From: Flavobacteriales bacterium
Lineage (GTDB): Bacteria; Bacteroidota; Bacteroidia; Flavobacteriales_F; PHOS-HE28
Length of the DNA: 64,000 nucleotides
NCBI GenBank assembly: GCA_044507815.1
Contig: JBIQIX010000014.1
Location: 18,057-82,056 of the forward strand
Reading direction: 5' to 3'
Shown: piece by piece, positions 9,237 to 22,581 of the stretch
Numbering within the stretch: position 1 is the first letter of the stretch
How the letters are laid out: every line of letters begins with the position of its first letter
Translations under genes and position numbers: made by a program
Notes under the pieces: model-generated
What the model was told of the DNA's origin: nothing
Database searches by the model: none
Seen by the model: the letters and a program-made list of their open reading frames with translations, nothing else

Positions 9237-11963
9237 ATGAGTGAAACGGCAGGAAAGGCGGTACGATTGAGCAAGGTCACGCGGGACTTCAACCTGGGCG
9301 TGCACACCGTGGTGGAGTTCCTGGCCGCCAAGGGCCATGCCGTGGAGGCATCCCCCAACGCCAAGATACCCGGCGAGCTGTATGCTTTGCTGGAGAAGGA
9401 ATTCGGACAGGACAAGGCGGAAAAGGAGGCCAGCAAGCAGGTGATCCAAGAGCGCCAGGAGCGTGAGGTGGTCGCCTTGGCCAGTGCGCCGGAGGCCGTG
9501 GAACCGCCGCCCCCGGCGCCTGCCCCCGCCGCCCCTGCCCCGCCCCCGGCCGAGGAGCCTGCTGCACCGGCACCAGAGGCCGCGCCACCGGCGCCGCCCG
9601 CCGCCAAGGCCCCGGCCGAGCCGGAGCGGCCCGTGGCCAAGCAGGACAAGCCCGCCGATGACGGGCCAGAGGTGATCAAGGCCGCGCCGCAGCGCATGGC
9701 CGGCCCCAAGACCGTGGGCAAGATCGACCTGGAGGCGCGCAAGAAACCAGCGCCGGCACCACCCGCCGCAAAAAAGCCGGCGGCCCCGGCCCCAGCGCCG
9801 CCGCCCGCCCCGCCCGCCACAACGCCACCCGCTGTGGAAAAGGCGCCAGAGCCCGAGACCATACGGGTGAACGTGGAGCGTTTGGCCGGCCCCAAGACCG
9901 TGGGGCGCATCGAACTGCCCAAGGAGCGCGAGCGCAAACCCGCCGACCGCGATCGCGGGCGTAGGAAACGCATTGTAAAACCAGGCCCGGTGAACGTGGG
10001 CCGCGTGGTGCAACAGGAACAACGCAAGGCCGCCAGCGGCAAGCCCGGGGAGCTCGACGAAAATGCCGTGAAGCGCAAGGTGAGTGAAACCCTGGCGCGC
10101 CTCACCGGCGGCGGCGGCAAAAGCCGCTCCGCCAAACGCCGCGGCGATAAACGCATGGAGCGCTTCCAGCGCCGCGAGGAAGAGGACCAGGCACGCCAAT
10201 TGGCAGGCCGTACGCTGAAAGTGACCGAATTCGTTACCGCAAGCGAACTGGCCTCCATGATGGACGTGCCCGTCACCGACATCATCAAGGCCTGCTTCTC
10301 ATTGGGCATGATGGTGAGCATCAACCAGCGCCTGGATGCCGAGACCCTTGCGGTGATCGCCGAGGAATATGGCTTCACCGTGGAATTCGTGGGCACCGAC
10401 GTGCAGGACGAGGGCCTGGCGGAGGAGGACGATCCGGCACGCATGGCGCCGCGCGCCCCCATCGTTACCGTCATGGGCCACGTGGACCATGGTAAAACCT
10501 CGTTGCTGGACCAGATCCGCAAGGCGAACGTGATCGCTGGCGAGGCCGGCGGCATTACGCAGCACATCGGCGCATACCGCGTAACGCTGGACAACGGCAA
10601 GCGCATCACCTTCCTCGATACCCCCGGCCACGAGGCCTTTACCGCGATGCGCGCACGCGGAGCACAGGTCACCGACATCGCCATTATCGTGATCGCCGCC
10701 GATGACAGCGTGATGCCGCAAACGCGGGAAGCGATCAACCATGCCCAGGCAGCCGGCGTGCCCATGGTGTTCGCGTTCAACAAGATCGACAAGCCCCAGG
10801 CCAACGCGGACAAGATCCGCGAACAACTTTCGCAGATGAACATCCTGGTGGAGGAATGGGGCGGCAAGTTCCAGACCCAGGAGATCAGCGCCAAAAAGGG
10901 CATGGGCATCGACCAGTTGCTGGAAAAGGTGCTGCTGGAAGCGGAACTGCTCGAATTGAAGGCCGATCCGGGCAAGCGCGGCTCCGGCGTGGTGATCGAA
11001 AGCACCTTGGAAATGGGCCGCGGCTACGTGACCACCCTTCTGGTGGAGGGCGGCACCATGCGCAAGGGCGACGTGATCCTGGTGGGCCAGCACAGCGGGC
11101 GTGTGCGCAACATGTTCAACGAGCGTGGCCAACAAGTGAGCGAGGCAGGCCCATCGGTGCCCGTTTCCATCCTCGGGTTGGACGGTGCGCCCAATGCCGG
11201 CGATCATTTCCATGTGATGGACGATGAGCGCGAGGCCAGGCAGATTGCCACGCGCAGGCAGCAACTCCAGCGTGAGCAGGGCATCCGTACCCGCAAGCAC
11301 ATCACGCTGGACGAGATCGGGCGGCGCTTGGCGATCGGCGATTTCAAGGAACTCAACATCATTGTGAAGGGCGACGTGGATGGATCGGTGGAGGCCCTTA
11401 CCGATTCGCTGCTCAAGCTCAGCACCGAGAACATCAAGGTGGATGTGATCCACAAGGCGGTGGGCCCGATCGCCGAAAGCGACGTGCTCCTGGCATCGGC
11501 CTCCAATGCCATCATCATCGGCTTCCAGGTGCGGCCCACCATTGGTGCACGCAAATTGGCCGAGCACGAAGAGATCGAGATCCGCCTCTATTCCATCATC
11601 TATGACGCCATCGAGGAGTTGAAGCAGGCCATGGAAGGCATGCTGGCGCCCAAGGAAGAGGAAAAGGTGACCGGTACAGCCGAAGTGCGCGAGACCTTCC
11701 GCATCAGCAAAGTGGGCACCGTTGCAGGTTGCTACGTGCTCGATGGCAAGATCACGCGCAACAGCCGTGTGCGCGTGATCCGCGAAAGCATCGTGGTGTA
11801 CACCGGAGAATTGTCCGACCTGAAGCGGTTCAAGGATGATGTGCGCGAGGTCACCCACGGCTACGAATGCGGCCTTAGCATCAAGAACTTCAACGACATC
11901 AAGGTGGGCGACCACATCGAGGCGTTCGAGATGGTGGAGGTGAAGCGCACCCTGGACGATTGA
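9237..11963 (+). CDS. infB: Translation initiation factor IF-2
   Basis: Pro/Ala-rich N-terminal region, then a GTPase domain ([28 protein letters not shown]) and the conserved C-terminal domains. Confidence 0.98.
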   Translation: MSETAGKAVRLSKVTRDFNLGVHTVVEFLAAKGHAVEASPNAKIPGELYALLEKEFGQDKAEKEASKQVIQERQEREVVALASAPEAVEPPPPAPAPAAPAPPPAEEPAAPAPEAAPPAPPAAKAPAEPERPVAKQDKPADDGPEVIKAAPQRMAGPKTVGKIDLEARKKPAPAPPAAKKPAAPAPAPPPAPPATTPPAVEKAPEPETIRVNVERLAGPKTVGRIELPKERERKPADRDRGRRKRIVKPGPVNVGRVVQQEQRKAASGKPGELDENAVKRKVSETLARLTGGGGKSRSAKRRGDKRMERFQRREEEDQARQLAGRTLKVTEFVTASELASMMDVPVTDIIKACFSLGMMVSINQRLDAETLAVIAEEYGFTVEFVGTDVQDEGLAEEDDPARMAPRAPIVTVMGHVDHGKTSLLDQIRKANVIAGEAGGITQHIGAYRVTLDNGKRITFLDTPGHEAFTAMRARGAQVTDIAIIVIAADDSVMPQTREAINHAQAAGVPMVFAFNKIDKPQANADKIREQLSQMNILVEEWGGKFQTQEISAKKGMGIDQLLEKVLLEAELLELKADPGKRGSGVVIESTLEMGRGYVTTLLVEGGTMRKGDVILVGQHSGRVRNMFNERGQQVSEAGPSVPVSILGLDGAPNAGDHFHVMDDEREARQIATRRQQLQREQGIRTRKHITLDEIGRRLAIGDFKELNIIVKGDVDGSVEALTDSLLKLSTENIKVDVIHKAVGPIAESDVLLASASNAIIIGFQVRPTIGARKLAEHEEIEIRLYSIIYDAIEELKQAMEGMLAPKEEEKVTGTAEVRETFRISKVGTVAGCYVLDGKITRNSRVRVIRESIVVYTGELSDLKRFKDDVREVTHGYECGLSIKNFNDIKVGDHIEAFEMVEVKRTLDD

Positions 11964-11980
11964 CCACCGGGTTACCGGGC

Positions 11981-12016
11981 ATGCCGAACGCCGCGCCCCG
12001 TCGCGGCGTTCGGCAT
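11981..12016. terminator. Perfect 15-bp-stem hairpin between convergent infB and the SPOR gene (putative bidirectional terminator)
   Basis: ATGCCGAACGCCGCG (11981..11995) pairs perfectly with CGCGGCGTTCGGCAT (12002..12016) across a 6-nt loop. There is no clear T-run. It sits 18 nt after the infB stop. Confidence 0.55.
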
Positions 12017-12051
12017 TCATGGCCGGCCCATGCCAGCCGGGCGCGATGGGG

Positions 12052-12522
12052 TCACTTGGCCACGTCCCTGCCGATCAGCGCGGGGGGCTCAATGTCATCC
12101 GGCACAATGTAGAGGCCGGGAAATTCGGGCTTGAGCAATTCGCGCAGCGCCTCGGCGGAAACGCGATCGCGCAGATCGCCCACACGCACCCTGAAATTGG
12201 GGGCCAGGTAGCTGAGGTAGGCAGGCACCTCCGGGTGCTGCACCAAAAACGCGCGCCGCGTGTTCTCGGCCGTGCCGCGGTCGCCCAGGAAGATCTGCAC
12301 CCGGTAGCCGCGCAGCGTCTGTTTGCGCGCGGCATAATCGGCCATCATCGATCGCACCCGATCACTTTCCACCACGCGCACGTCACCTGCGCGCAGGCTG
12401 TCCGCACCCACGACCACCGGCATATGGCGATCGCCCTGCGCCCTGAAAATGGACAGGCTGTCCCGTTGCGCAAAAACTGGCGAAAGGCAAGGCAACAGCA
12501 GGAAAAAGAGGGTCGTGCGCAT
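12052..12522 (-). CDS. SPOR domain-containing protein (secreted)
   Basis: ATG 12522 gives the signal peptide MRTTLFFLLLPCLSPVFAQ. The C-terminal ..GYRVQIFLGDRGTAENTRRAFLVQHPEVPAYLSYLAPNFRVRVGDLRDR..AEALRELLKPEF.. has the SPOR-like beta-alpha-beta pattern. Confidence 0.65.
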   Translation of the reverse strand: MRTTLFFLLLPCLSPVFAQRDSLSIFRAQGDRHMPVVVGADSLRAGDVRVVESDRVRSMMADYAARKQTLRGYRVQIFLGDRGTAENTRRAFLVQHPEVPAYLSYLAPNFRVRVGDLRDRVSAEALRELLKPEFPGLYIVPDDIEPPALIGRDVAK

Positions 12523-12742
12523 GGGCCAAATGTACCGGTGGCGCTCAAGTTGCAAGCATCGGGCCACGGCGGCGGGCTTTGGGCGGCTTGAAGGCAGAGC
12601 TGAAAAATTACAACGCCATGGCAGGCGTTTGGCCAATGGTAGTGCGGATTGCCGGTCGTTGGTCGAATCTTAGAACCGTTCTAAATAGGCCGTTCAGGCC
12701 ATACCCGTTGGCTGTATGGCTACAGCCATATCGCTTCGCGGC

Positions 12743-12750
12743 TACTTTTG
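12743..12750 (+). promoter_or_regulatory. Bacteroidota-type -7 promoter box: TACTTTTG (candidate promoter of the act-cta block)
   Basis: Exact TAnnTTTG match 44 nt upstream of ATG 12794. A 7-bp-stem palindrome GGCTGTA-TGGC-TACAGCC lies just upstream at 12710..12727. Confidence 0.4.
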
Positions 12751-12793
12751 CGCGGCGCGGAACCGATGGTCTCCGCCCACTAAATCGTTTGGA

Positions 12794-14113
12794 ATGTCCC
12801 TTGTTTACAGGCTTTTTAAGCGGTCATCCAGGGTATTGGGCCCTGCCGCCCTCTTTGTTCTCATAGCGCTCGGCCACCCCGCCTCGGCCCAGATCGATCA
12901 GGCCACCTACGACAGTGGGGAGAAGCTGTTCAAGGCCAATTGCGCCAGCTGCCACAAGCCCGATAAGGACATGACGGGCCCCAAGCTCCAGGGCTCGAAG
13001 CAACTTTGGGAAGGGAAAGGCGATATCCATGAGTGGATCAAGAACAGCCAGGCCTACATCAAAAGCGGCAACGCGTACGCCAAGCAGTTGTTCGAGGACC
13101 ACAACAAGATCGTTATGCCCCCGCAGGCCCTCAGCAATGAGGAGATCGACGCGATCCTGTACTTCAGCGACAACTATGCGCCAGCCGGCGCCAAGAAGAC
13201 CGAAGGCCCCGCGGAGCCCCAGGCCGAGGTGAAGTCCTCCAGCAATTGGGAATGGTGGGTGATCACCGGCCTGTTGTTCCTGGTGGTGCTGCTTTCGCTG
13301 GGCGGCGTGCGCAACCAGCTCACCAACGCCGTGCGCGAAAAGCAGGGCCTGCCCGCAGAGGCCCCATTGGGCACTTGGGGCCGCATCCGCCGCTGGGCCG
13401 GCCGCCACAAGGGCTGGGCCAGCGTGTTCGTGCTACTCATCGTGGTGTGGCTTTCCGTACTCCTCTGGAATTGGATGTTCAACATCGGTGTGTACGGCGG
13501 CGATAAGGTGGAGCATTACAAACCTTCACAGCCCATCAACTTCGACCATACCCTGCACGCCGGCAAGGACAACCTCGCCATCAATTGCCAGTACTGCCAC
13601 AGCGGCGCCGAGAAGAGCCGCCACGCCGGCATACCCAGCGCCAACGTGTGCATGAACTGCCACCAGGCCGTAAGCGAGGGCCCCAATACGGGCACCGCAG
13701 AGATCGCCAAGATCTACGCCGCCACTGGCTGGGACCCCACCACCATGAAATACACGGGTGAACAAAAACCGATCGTGTGGAACAAGGTGCACAACCTGCC
13801 CGACCTCGCCTACTTCAGCCACGAACAGCATGTGGCCGTGGGCAAGATCGAATGCCAGAAGTGCCACGGCCCGGTGGATACCGAAATGGACCAGGTGCAG
13901 CAATGGAGCCCATTGACCATGGCCTGGTGCCTGGATTGCCACAACACCACCGAGGTGGCCGTTACCAATACCGAGAACGGCTATTACAAGGAGATCCACC
14001 GCCGCTTGGCACAAACCCCCATGGGCCAGCAGGAATTGCGCAAATACCTGGAGGACGAAAAGATCACCGTTCGAGAACTTGGCGGATTCGAGTGCGCCAA
14101 GTGCCATTATTAA
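12794..14113 (+). CDS. actA: Alternative complex III subunit ActA, multihaem c-type cytochrome (six CxxCH motifs)
   Basis: Haem motifs CASCH, CQYCH, CMNCH, CQKCH, CLDCH and CAKCH. Signal peptide, then two hydrophobic helices (WWVITGLLFLVVLLSLGGV; WASVFVLLIVVWLSVLLWNW). First gene of an actABCDEF-ordered operon. Confidence 0.9.
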   Translation: MSLVYRLFKRSSRVLGPAALFVLIALGHPASAQIDQATYDSGEKLFKANCASCHKPDKDMTGPKLQGSKQLWEGKGDIHEWIKNSQAYIKSGNAYAKQLFEDHNKIVMPPQALSNEEIDAILYFSDNYAPAGAKKTEGPAEPQAEVKSSSNWEWWVITGLLFLVVLLSLGGVRNQLTNAVREKQGLPAEAPLGTWGRIRRWAGRHKGWASVFVLLIVVWLSVLLWNWMFNIGVYGGDKVEHYKPSQPINFDHTLHAGKDNLAINCQYCHSGAEKSRHAGIPSANVCMNCHQAVSEGPNTGTAEIAKIYAATGWDPTTMKYTGEQKPIVWNKVHNLPDLAYFSHEQHVAVGKIECQKCHGPVDTEMDQVQQWSPLTMAWCLDCHNTTEVAVTNTENGYYKEIHRRLAQTPMGQQELRKYLEDEKITVRELGGFECAKCHY

Positions 14114-14135
14114 GATCCATCAGCTTTACAGACAG

Positions 14136-17396
<3,261 letters not shown>

Positions 17397-17408
17397 GAGA
17401 GAACGGCA

Positions 17409-18803
17409 ATGCATCAAGAAGCAGCGATAAGGCCACCGCTTATTCTGGGCCACCGCACCTACGCAGACATCACCGCTGACGTGGTGGCGCCCATCGAGAA
17501 CAAGGCGCCCCGCATGTGGTACGTGCTGATGACCATAGCGTCGATTATCGCATTGTACGGCATCGGGTGCATCCTGTACCTGGTCAGCAAGGGGATCGGC
17601 ACCTGGGGCCTCAACAAAACCATCAACTGGGCATGGGATATCACCAACTTCGTGTGGTGGGTGGGCATCGGCCACGCCGGCACGCTCATTAGCGCGGTGC
17701 TCCTCTTGTTCCGCCAGAAGTGGCGCATGGCCGTGAACCGCTCGGCCGAGGCCATGACCATTTTCGCCGTGATGATGGCCGCCCTGTTCCCCATGATCCA
17801 CATGGGCCGTATTTGGCTGGCCTATTTCGTGTTCCCGCTGCCCAACCAGTTCGGTTCGCTGTGGGTGAACTTCAACTCCGCACTGCTTTGGGACGTGTTC
17901 GCCATCTCCACCTATTTCTCGGTGTCGGTGGTGTATTGGTACATCGGCCTGATCCCCGATTTCGCCACCCTGCGGGACCACGTGACCAAACGCTGGCAGA
18001 AGACCTTCTATTCGGTGCTGTCCTTTGGCTGGTCGGGCAACGCCAAGGCCTGGCAGCGGTTTGAGGAAGTGAGCCTCGTGCTCGCAGGCCTGGCCACCCC
18101 GCTCGTGTTCTCGGTGCACTCGGTGGTGTCCATGGACTTTGCCACTTCTTTGGTGCCCGGTTGGCACAGTACCATTTATCCGCCCTACTTCGTGGCCGGT
18201 GCCATCTTCTCGGGCTTCGCCATGGTGCAAACCCTGCTCGGGATCATGCGCAAGACCTTGAAGCTGGAGGCCTATGTGACCCGTAAGCACGTGGAATACA
18301 TGAACATCGTGATCATGGTCACAGGCGGCATTGTGGCCGTGGCCTATGCTACCGAGTTCTTCATTGGCTGGTACAGCGGCGTGGAGTACGAGTATTACAC
18401 CTACATGTCGGTTGGCGCGGCCACGGGCCAGTATTGGTGGGCCTTCTGGGCGCTGATGCTCTGCAATATCCTCATCCCGGCCACCCTCTGGTTCAAGCGG
18501 GTGCGCACCAGCTTCTTCTGGTCGTGGGTCATTTCGATCGTCATCAACGTGGGCATGTGGTTCGAGCGCTTCGACATCATCGTGCTCTGCCTGCACCGCG
18601 ATTACCTGCCCTCGGGCTGGACCATGTTCTACCCGTCCTGGGTGGATGTGGGCACCTTCCTGGGCACCATCGGCATCTTCTTCACCCTGTACTTGCTGTT
18701 CGCACGCTACTTCCCGGTGCTGGCGCTCAACGAGCTCAAGAGCATATTGAAGAGCAGCGGGGAGAGCTACAAGGGCGAGGTTTTACCCAAATCACAGCAT
18801 TGA
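17409..18803 (+). CDS. actC: Alternative complex III subunit ActC (NrfD/PsrC-like polytopic quinol-interacting membrane subunit)
   Basis: Strongly hydrophobic multi-helix protein of the NrfD type (..WAWDITNFVWWVGIGHAGTLISA..). Positioned after actB. Confidence 0.93.
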   Translation: MHQEAAIRPPLILGHRTYADITADVVAPIENKAPRMWYVLMTIASIIALYGIGCILYLVSKGIGTWGLNKTINWAWDITNFVWWVGIGHAGTLISAVLLLFRQKWRMAVNRSAEAMTIFAVMMAALFPMIHMGRIWLAYFVFPLPNQFGSLWVNFNSALLWDVFAISTYFSVSVVYWYIGLIPDFATLRDHVTKRWQKTFYSVLSFGWSGNAKAWQRFEEVSLVLAGLATPLVFSVHSVVSMDFATSLVPGWHSTIYPPYFVAGAIFSGFAMVQTLLGIMRKTLKLEAYVTRKHVEYMNIVIMVTGGIVAVAYATEFFIGWYSGVEYEYYTYMSVGAATGQYWWAFWALMLCNILIPATLWFKRVRTSFFWSWVISIVINVGMWFERFDIIVLCLHRDYLPSGWTMFYPSWVDVGTFLGTIGIFFTLYLLFARYFPVLALNELKSILKSSGESYKGEVLPKSQH

Positions 18804-18807
18804 TCCA

Positions 18808-19341
18808 ATGGCCAACAAAGTGATCTACGCCGTTTACGAGGATCCCGAACAACTCAAGGACGCAGCACGAAAGCTGGTCACGGCAGGGATCCGTGTGCGC
18901 GACGTGTTCAGCCCCTTCCCCGTTCACGGGATCGACCCCATCATCGGCCTTAAGCGCACGCGCCTGGGCATCGTATCCTTCATGTTCGGTGTCATGGGCC
19001 TATCGCTGGCCATACTGGGCACCTACTACATGATGATCTACGACTGGCCGATGAACATCGGTGGCAAGCCCAACCGGTTCTACTACCAGAACGTGACCGG
19101 TTTTGTGCCGGTGCTGTTCGAATTCACCGTGCTGTGTGCAGCACATGGCATGGCCATTACCTACCTGATCCGCAACAAGACCCTGCCCGGCATGCCGGCC
19201 CGCAACCCGGACCCGCGCAGCACCGATGACAAGTTCATCATTGAATTGCACACGCAGGAGAACAGTGCGCATGCCCCGGAGGCCATTACCGGACTGCTGC
19301 GCGAAACAACCGTGTTCGAGATCAACGAGCGCCAATATTGA
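18808..19341 (+). CDS. actD: Alternative complex III subunit ActD (DUF3341)
   Basis: N-terminus MANKVIYAVYEDPEQLKDAARKLVTAGIRVRDVFSPFPVHGID followed by two TM helices. Position fits the operon order. Confidence 0.88.
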   Translation: MANKVIYAVYEDPEQLKDAARKLVTAGIRVRDVFSPFPVHGIDPIIGLKRTRLGIVSFMFGVMGLSLAILGTYYMMIYDWPMNIGGKPNRFYYQNVTGFVPVLFEFTVLCAAHGMAITYLIRNKTLPGMPARNPDPRSTDDKFIIELHTQENSAHAPEAITGLLRETTVFEINERQY

Positions 19342-19343
19342 GC

Positions 19344-20030
19344 ATGAAAAGCCTGATGACAAACCCGGCCGGCGTGGCCTTGGCACTTTGCGGCACCGCA
19401 CTGCTGCTGGGCTGCACCCGCGACGCGGACAGTCCCGGCCTGGAGTACATGCCGGACATGTACCGCGGCCCGGCCATCGAAGCCTATGTGGACTATGGGC
19501 AGGATCCCTACTACTTCGGTGATAGCCTGGCCAAGGCCCAGCGCGCCACCCAAAGCGCAAGGTTGCCCGTGACCGGCACCATCCCATTCGCGGAAGACCC
19601 CGCCGATGCCGCTTTCAATTTCCCTTTCCCGTACCCCAACACCCAGGAAGGCTATGAGGCCGCAGGGCGCGAACTGCACAGCCCCATACCCATGACCACC
19701 GCCACCGTCGATCAGGGACGGAAGCTTTATGAGGTGTTCTGCATACAATGCCACGGACCGGCAGGCAAGGGCGATGGCACGGTGGTGAGCAAGGGTGGGT
19801 ACCCGCCACCACCCGCTTACGACGGGGCGCAATTGAAGGACCTGCCGGAAGGGAAGGTGTTTCACGCCATCACCTGGGGGCGCAACATCGCCATGGGCAG
19901 CCATGCCAGCCAACTGAACAAGAAGGAGCGCTGGCTGGTGGTGCAATACGTGAAGTACCTGCAGCACGGGGGAAAAATGCCGGGTGAGGCCGGCCAGGAC
20001 ACCACAACCACGGCCAACGCCAGTGAATAA
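19344..20030 (+). CDS. actE: Alternative complex III subunit ActE, monohaem cytochrome c lipoprotein
   Basis: Lipobox ALLLGC. Single haem motif CIQCHG with a downstream Met. Follows actD directly. ATG 19344 is preferred over the TTG 19338 used by the track. Confidence 0.88.
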   Translation: MKSLMTNPAGVALALCGTALLLGCTRDADSPGLEYMPDMYRGPAIEAYVDYGQDPYYFGDSLAKAQRATQSARLPVTGTIPFAEDPADAAFNFPFPYPNTQEGYEAAGRELHSPIPMTTATVDQGRKLYEVFCIQCHGPAGKGDGTVVSKGGYPPPPAYDGAQLKDLPEGKVFHAITWGRNIAMGSHASQLNKKERWLVVQYVKYLQHGGKMPGEAGQDTTTTANASE

Positions 20031-20040
20031 CCAAGCAGCG

Positions 20041-21249
20041 ATGAATTTCACCATTACAAAACGGGCGAACACCATCACCTTGGCGCTGATGCTTATCGGC
20101 GTGGTGATGGCCATAATAGGCGTGGTGGGCGACGAAACCGACCACAAGCAATACTCCTGGGCGGCATTCTATGCCAATGCCCTGTTCTTCTTCTTCATCG
20201 CCTTGGGCACGTTGTTCTTCTATGCGCTCAACCATGTGACGGAAACGGCCTGGACCATTCTGGTGAAGCGCGTGTACGAGGCCATTACCACCTATTTGCC
20301 CTGGGGGGCGGTGGCCGTGCTGATCGTGCTGGTGGCCGGCAGCATGGGGCTGCACCACATATGGCCATGGATGGATGCGCGCGTGCTGGACGTGGACAAT
20401 GTGGAGCACTACGACTCGCACATCGCCTGGTTGTCGCCGTACCTGAACAAGCCTTTCTTTTGGGTACGTGCCCTGCTGATCATGGGCGTGTTCGTGTTCT
20501 ATGCACGCTGGTTCCGCAAGCACAGCCTGCAAATGGACAATGAAACGGGCGCGGGCCTGTTGGCCAGCCACTGGAAAACCTACCGCCGCAGCGTGCTCTT
20601 CATCGTGTTCTTTGCCTTTTTCAGCACGGTACTGGCCTGGGATTGGATCATGAGCATCGATGTGCACTGGAAGAGTGCCCTGTTCGGCTGGTACGTGTTC
20701 GGTGGCATGTGGGCATCGGGCATGATCACCGCCGTGGTGTTCGTGCTTTACCTGAAGGGCAAGGGCTACCTGCCGCAGGTGAACGCCAGCCACCTGCAGG
20801 ACATGGGCAAGTGGATGTTCGCGGTCAGTTTCCTGTGGAGCTACCTTTATTTCGAGCAATACCTGTTGATATGGTACTCGAACATCCCGGAGGAAAGTTC
20901 CTATTACTTCGTTCGCATCAACAACCATCCCTGGCTCACCTGGGTGATGTTCTTCATCAACTTCGCGCTGCCCATGGTACTGCTGATGAGCCGCGACACC
21001 AAGCGCTCGCCCAAATACCTGATCGGCGTGGCCGTCATTATCTTCGTGGGGCATTGGTTGGATACCATACAGATGATCATGCCGGGTTCTGTGGGCCCGC
21101 ATTTCCAGCGGATCGGTATTATGGAGATCGGTTTCTTTGCGGCCTTTCTCGGTCTTTTCGTCCGCACCGTACTGTCCGCCTTTGCCAAGGCACCCCTCAC
21201 GGTGGTGGCGCACCCCTTCCTGGAAGAAAGCGTTCATCACCACATTTGA
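20041..21249 (+). CDS. actF: Alternative complex III subunit ActF (second NrfD-like membrane subunit)
   Basis: Polytopic membrane protein after actE. ATG 20041 (MNFTITKRANTITLALMLIGVV..) is preferred over the ORF start at 19984, which overlaps actE. Confidence 0.88.
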   Translation: MNFTITKRANTITLALMLIGVVMAIIGVVGDETDHKQYSWAAFYANALFFFFIALGTLFFYALNHVTETAWTILVKRVYEAITTYLPWGAVAVLIVLVAGSMGLHHIWPWMDARVLDVDNVEHYDSHIAWLSPYLNKPFFWVRALLIMGVFVFYARWFRKHSLQMDNETGAGLLASHWKTYRRSVLFIVFFAFFSTVLAWDWIMSIDVHWKSALFGWYVFGGMWASGMITAVVFVLYLKGKGYLPQVNASHLQDMGKWMFAVSFLWSYLYFEQYLLIWYSNIPEESSYYFVRINNHPWLTWVMFFINFALPMVLLMSRDTKRSPKYLIGVAVIIFVGHWLDTIQMIMPGSVGPHFQRIGIMEIGFFAAFLGLFVRTVLSAFAKAPLTVVAHPFLEESVHHHI

Positions 21250-21284
21250 ATTTGGAATCCATTAGAGCATAACCGAACCGGATA

Positions 21285-22568
21285 ATGACGACGTTGCTGA
21301 TACTTGCGGTGCTGGTCCTTGGCTTCATGGTGGTGCTGCGCCTGAGCCGGGTGGCCGAGCTTACCCGCGAATTGCGCGGGCTGCGCGAAGAGGTCATCCC
21401 CGAGAGCGAGAACCGCATGTCGGGCAGATTGATGTGGGCCTTTGGTGCCATTTACCTGATTCTATTCATCTGGCTGCCCATACACTACCACGACGTGTTC
21501 CTGCCCGTGGCCGCCAGCACGCAGGGCGTTTGGATCGATCAGATGTTCACCATCAACTGGTGGATGCTCGGGATCGTGTTCTTCGGCACCAACATCGCGC
21601 TCTTCTATTTCGCGGGCAAATACTACCACCGTGCCGGCAAACGGGCCTTTTGGTACCCGCACAACAACAAGCTGGAGATGGTATGGACCATCGTTCCGGC
21701 GGTCACGTTGATCGGGGCCATTATCTACGGCATCATCATTTGGAACAGGATCACCGCCCCACCGGCCCCGGGCACCATGGAAGTGGAGGTCTATTCCAAG
21801 CAGTTTGACTGGACCTTCCGCTACCCGGGGAAGGATGGGAAATTGGGCGCAACGGACTATCGCCTGATCGGGGCCGAGAACCCGTTGGGCATACTGACCC
21901 GCAAAACCATTTCCAAGCGCATCGCTGAACTGCGGAGCGAAGCTGCTGAAGCGGTCGCGGACCGCGATGCACAGATCGCCATCCTGCCCAAGAGCAAGCT
22001 GGACGAGAAGGAGAAGGACATCGCCCACCTCAACCGCACTTTGGAGCGCCTGCTGAACCTGCAGCAATTGATGGAGGAGGACATTAAGGTGAACGGCGAC
22101 AACAGCAAGTACCTGCATGGCGCCGACGACCAGGTGACCAAGGAATTCCAATTGCCCGTGGGGCAGGACGTGGAGCTGCTGTTCCGCAGCCAGGACGTGA
22201 TCCATAGCGCCTACCTGCCGCACATGCGCGCCCAGATGAACACCGTGCCCGGCATGACCACCCGCATGCACTTGGTGCCCACCATCACCACGGACAGCAT
22301 GCGCGTGATCACGGACAATCCCGATTTCGATTACATCCTCATGTGCAACAAGGTATGCGGCATCTCGCACTACAACATGCAGTCGCCGCTTACGGTGGTA
22401 ACGCCCGGTGCCTTCAAGGTATGGAGGATCATGCTGCCCCCGTTCGAAAAAGGTGGAACGGCCGGGGCCGCAGCCACAGAACAGGAAGGAACACCCGCCC
22501 CGGCCGATACGGCCGCAACACCGGAGGCCCAGGCCACCGCACAGGCCCGTACCGGAACGAATCAATAA
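21285..22568 (+). CDS. ctaC: Cytochrome c oxidase subunit II (no fused cytochrome c domain)
   Basis: Two N-terminal TM helices. Cupredoxin CuA site DVIHSAYLP ... CNKVCGISHYNM (C-x3-C-x3-H-x2-M). No CxxCH motif. Coiled-coil-like insertion and an Ala/Thr-rich tail. Confidence 0.94.
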   Translation: MTTLLILAVLVLGFMVVLRLSRVAELTRELRGLREEVIPESENRMSGRLMWAFGAIYLILFIWLPIHYHDVFLPVAASTQGVWIDQMFTINWWMLGIVFFGTNIALFYFAGKYYHRAGKRAFWYPHNNKLEMVWTIVPAVTLIGAIIYGIIIWNRITAPPAPGTMEVEVYSKQFDWTFRYPGKDGKLGATDYRLIGAENPLGILTRKTISKRIAELRSEAAEAVADRDAQIAILPKSKLDEKEKDIAHLNRTLERLLNLQQLMEEDIKVNGDNSKYLHGADDQVTKEFQLPVGQDVELLFRSQDVIHSAYLPHMRAQMNTVPGMTTRMHLVPTITTDSMRVITDNPDFDYILMCNKVCGISHYNMQSPLTVVTPGAFKVWRIMLPPFEKGGTAGAAATEQEGTPAPADTAATPEAQATAQARTGTNQ

Positions 22569-22581
22569 TTGAACTGAGACC

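Noticed and set aside
8948-11005. 685-aa minus-strand ORF (and 9054..10199, 10299..12020) opposite nusA/infB
   Set aside because: It is antisense to IF-2 and NusA, which carry canonical motifs. Its low-complexity Ser/Ala/Arg/Gly composition mirrors the Pro/Ala-rich IF-2 N-terminus.
12019-12591. 190-aa plus-strand ORF opposite the SPOR gene
   Set aside because: The minus-strand product has a signal peptide and a SPOR-like C-terminus. The plus-strand translation has no features and begins inside the infB terminator region.
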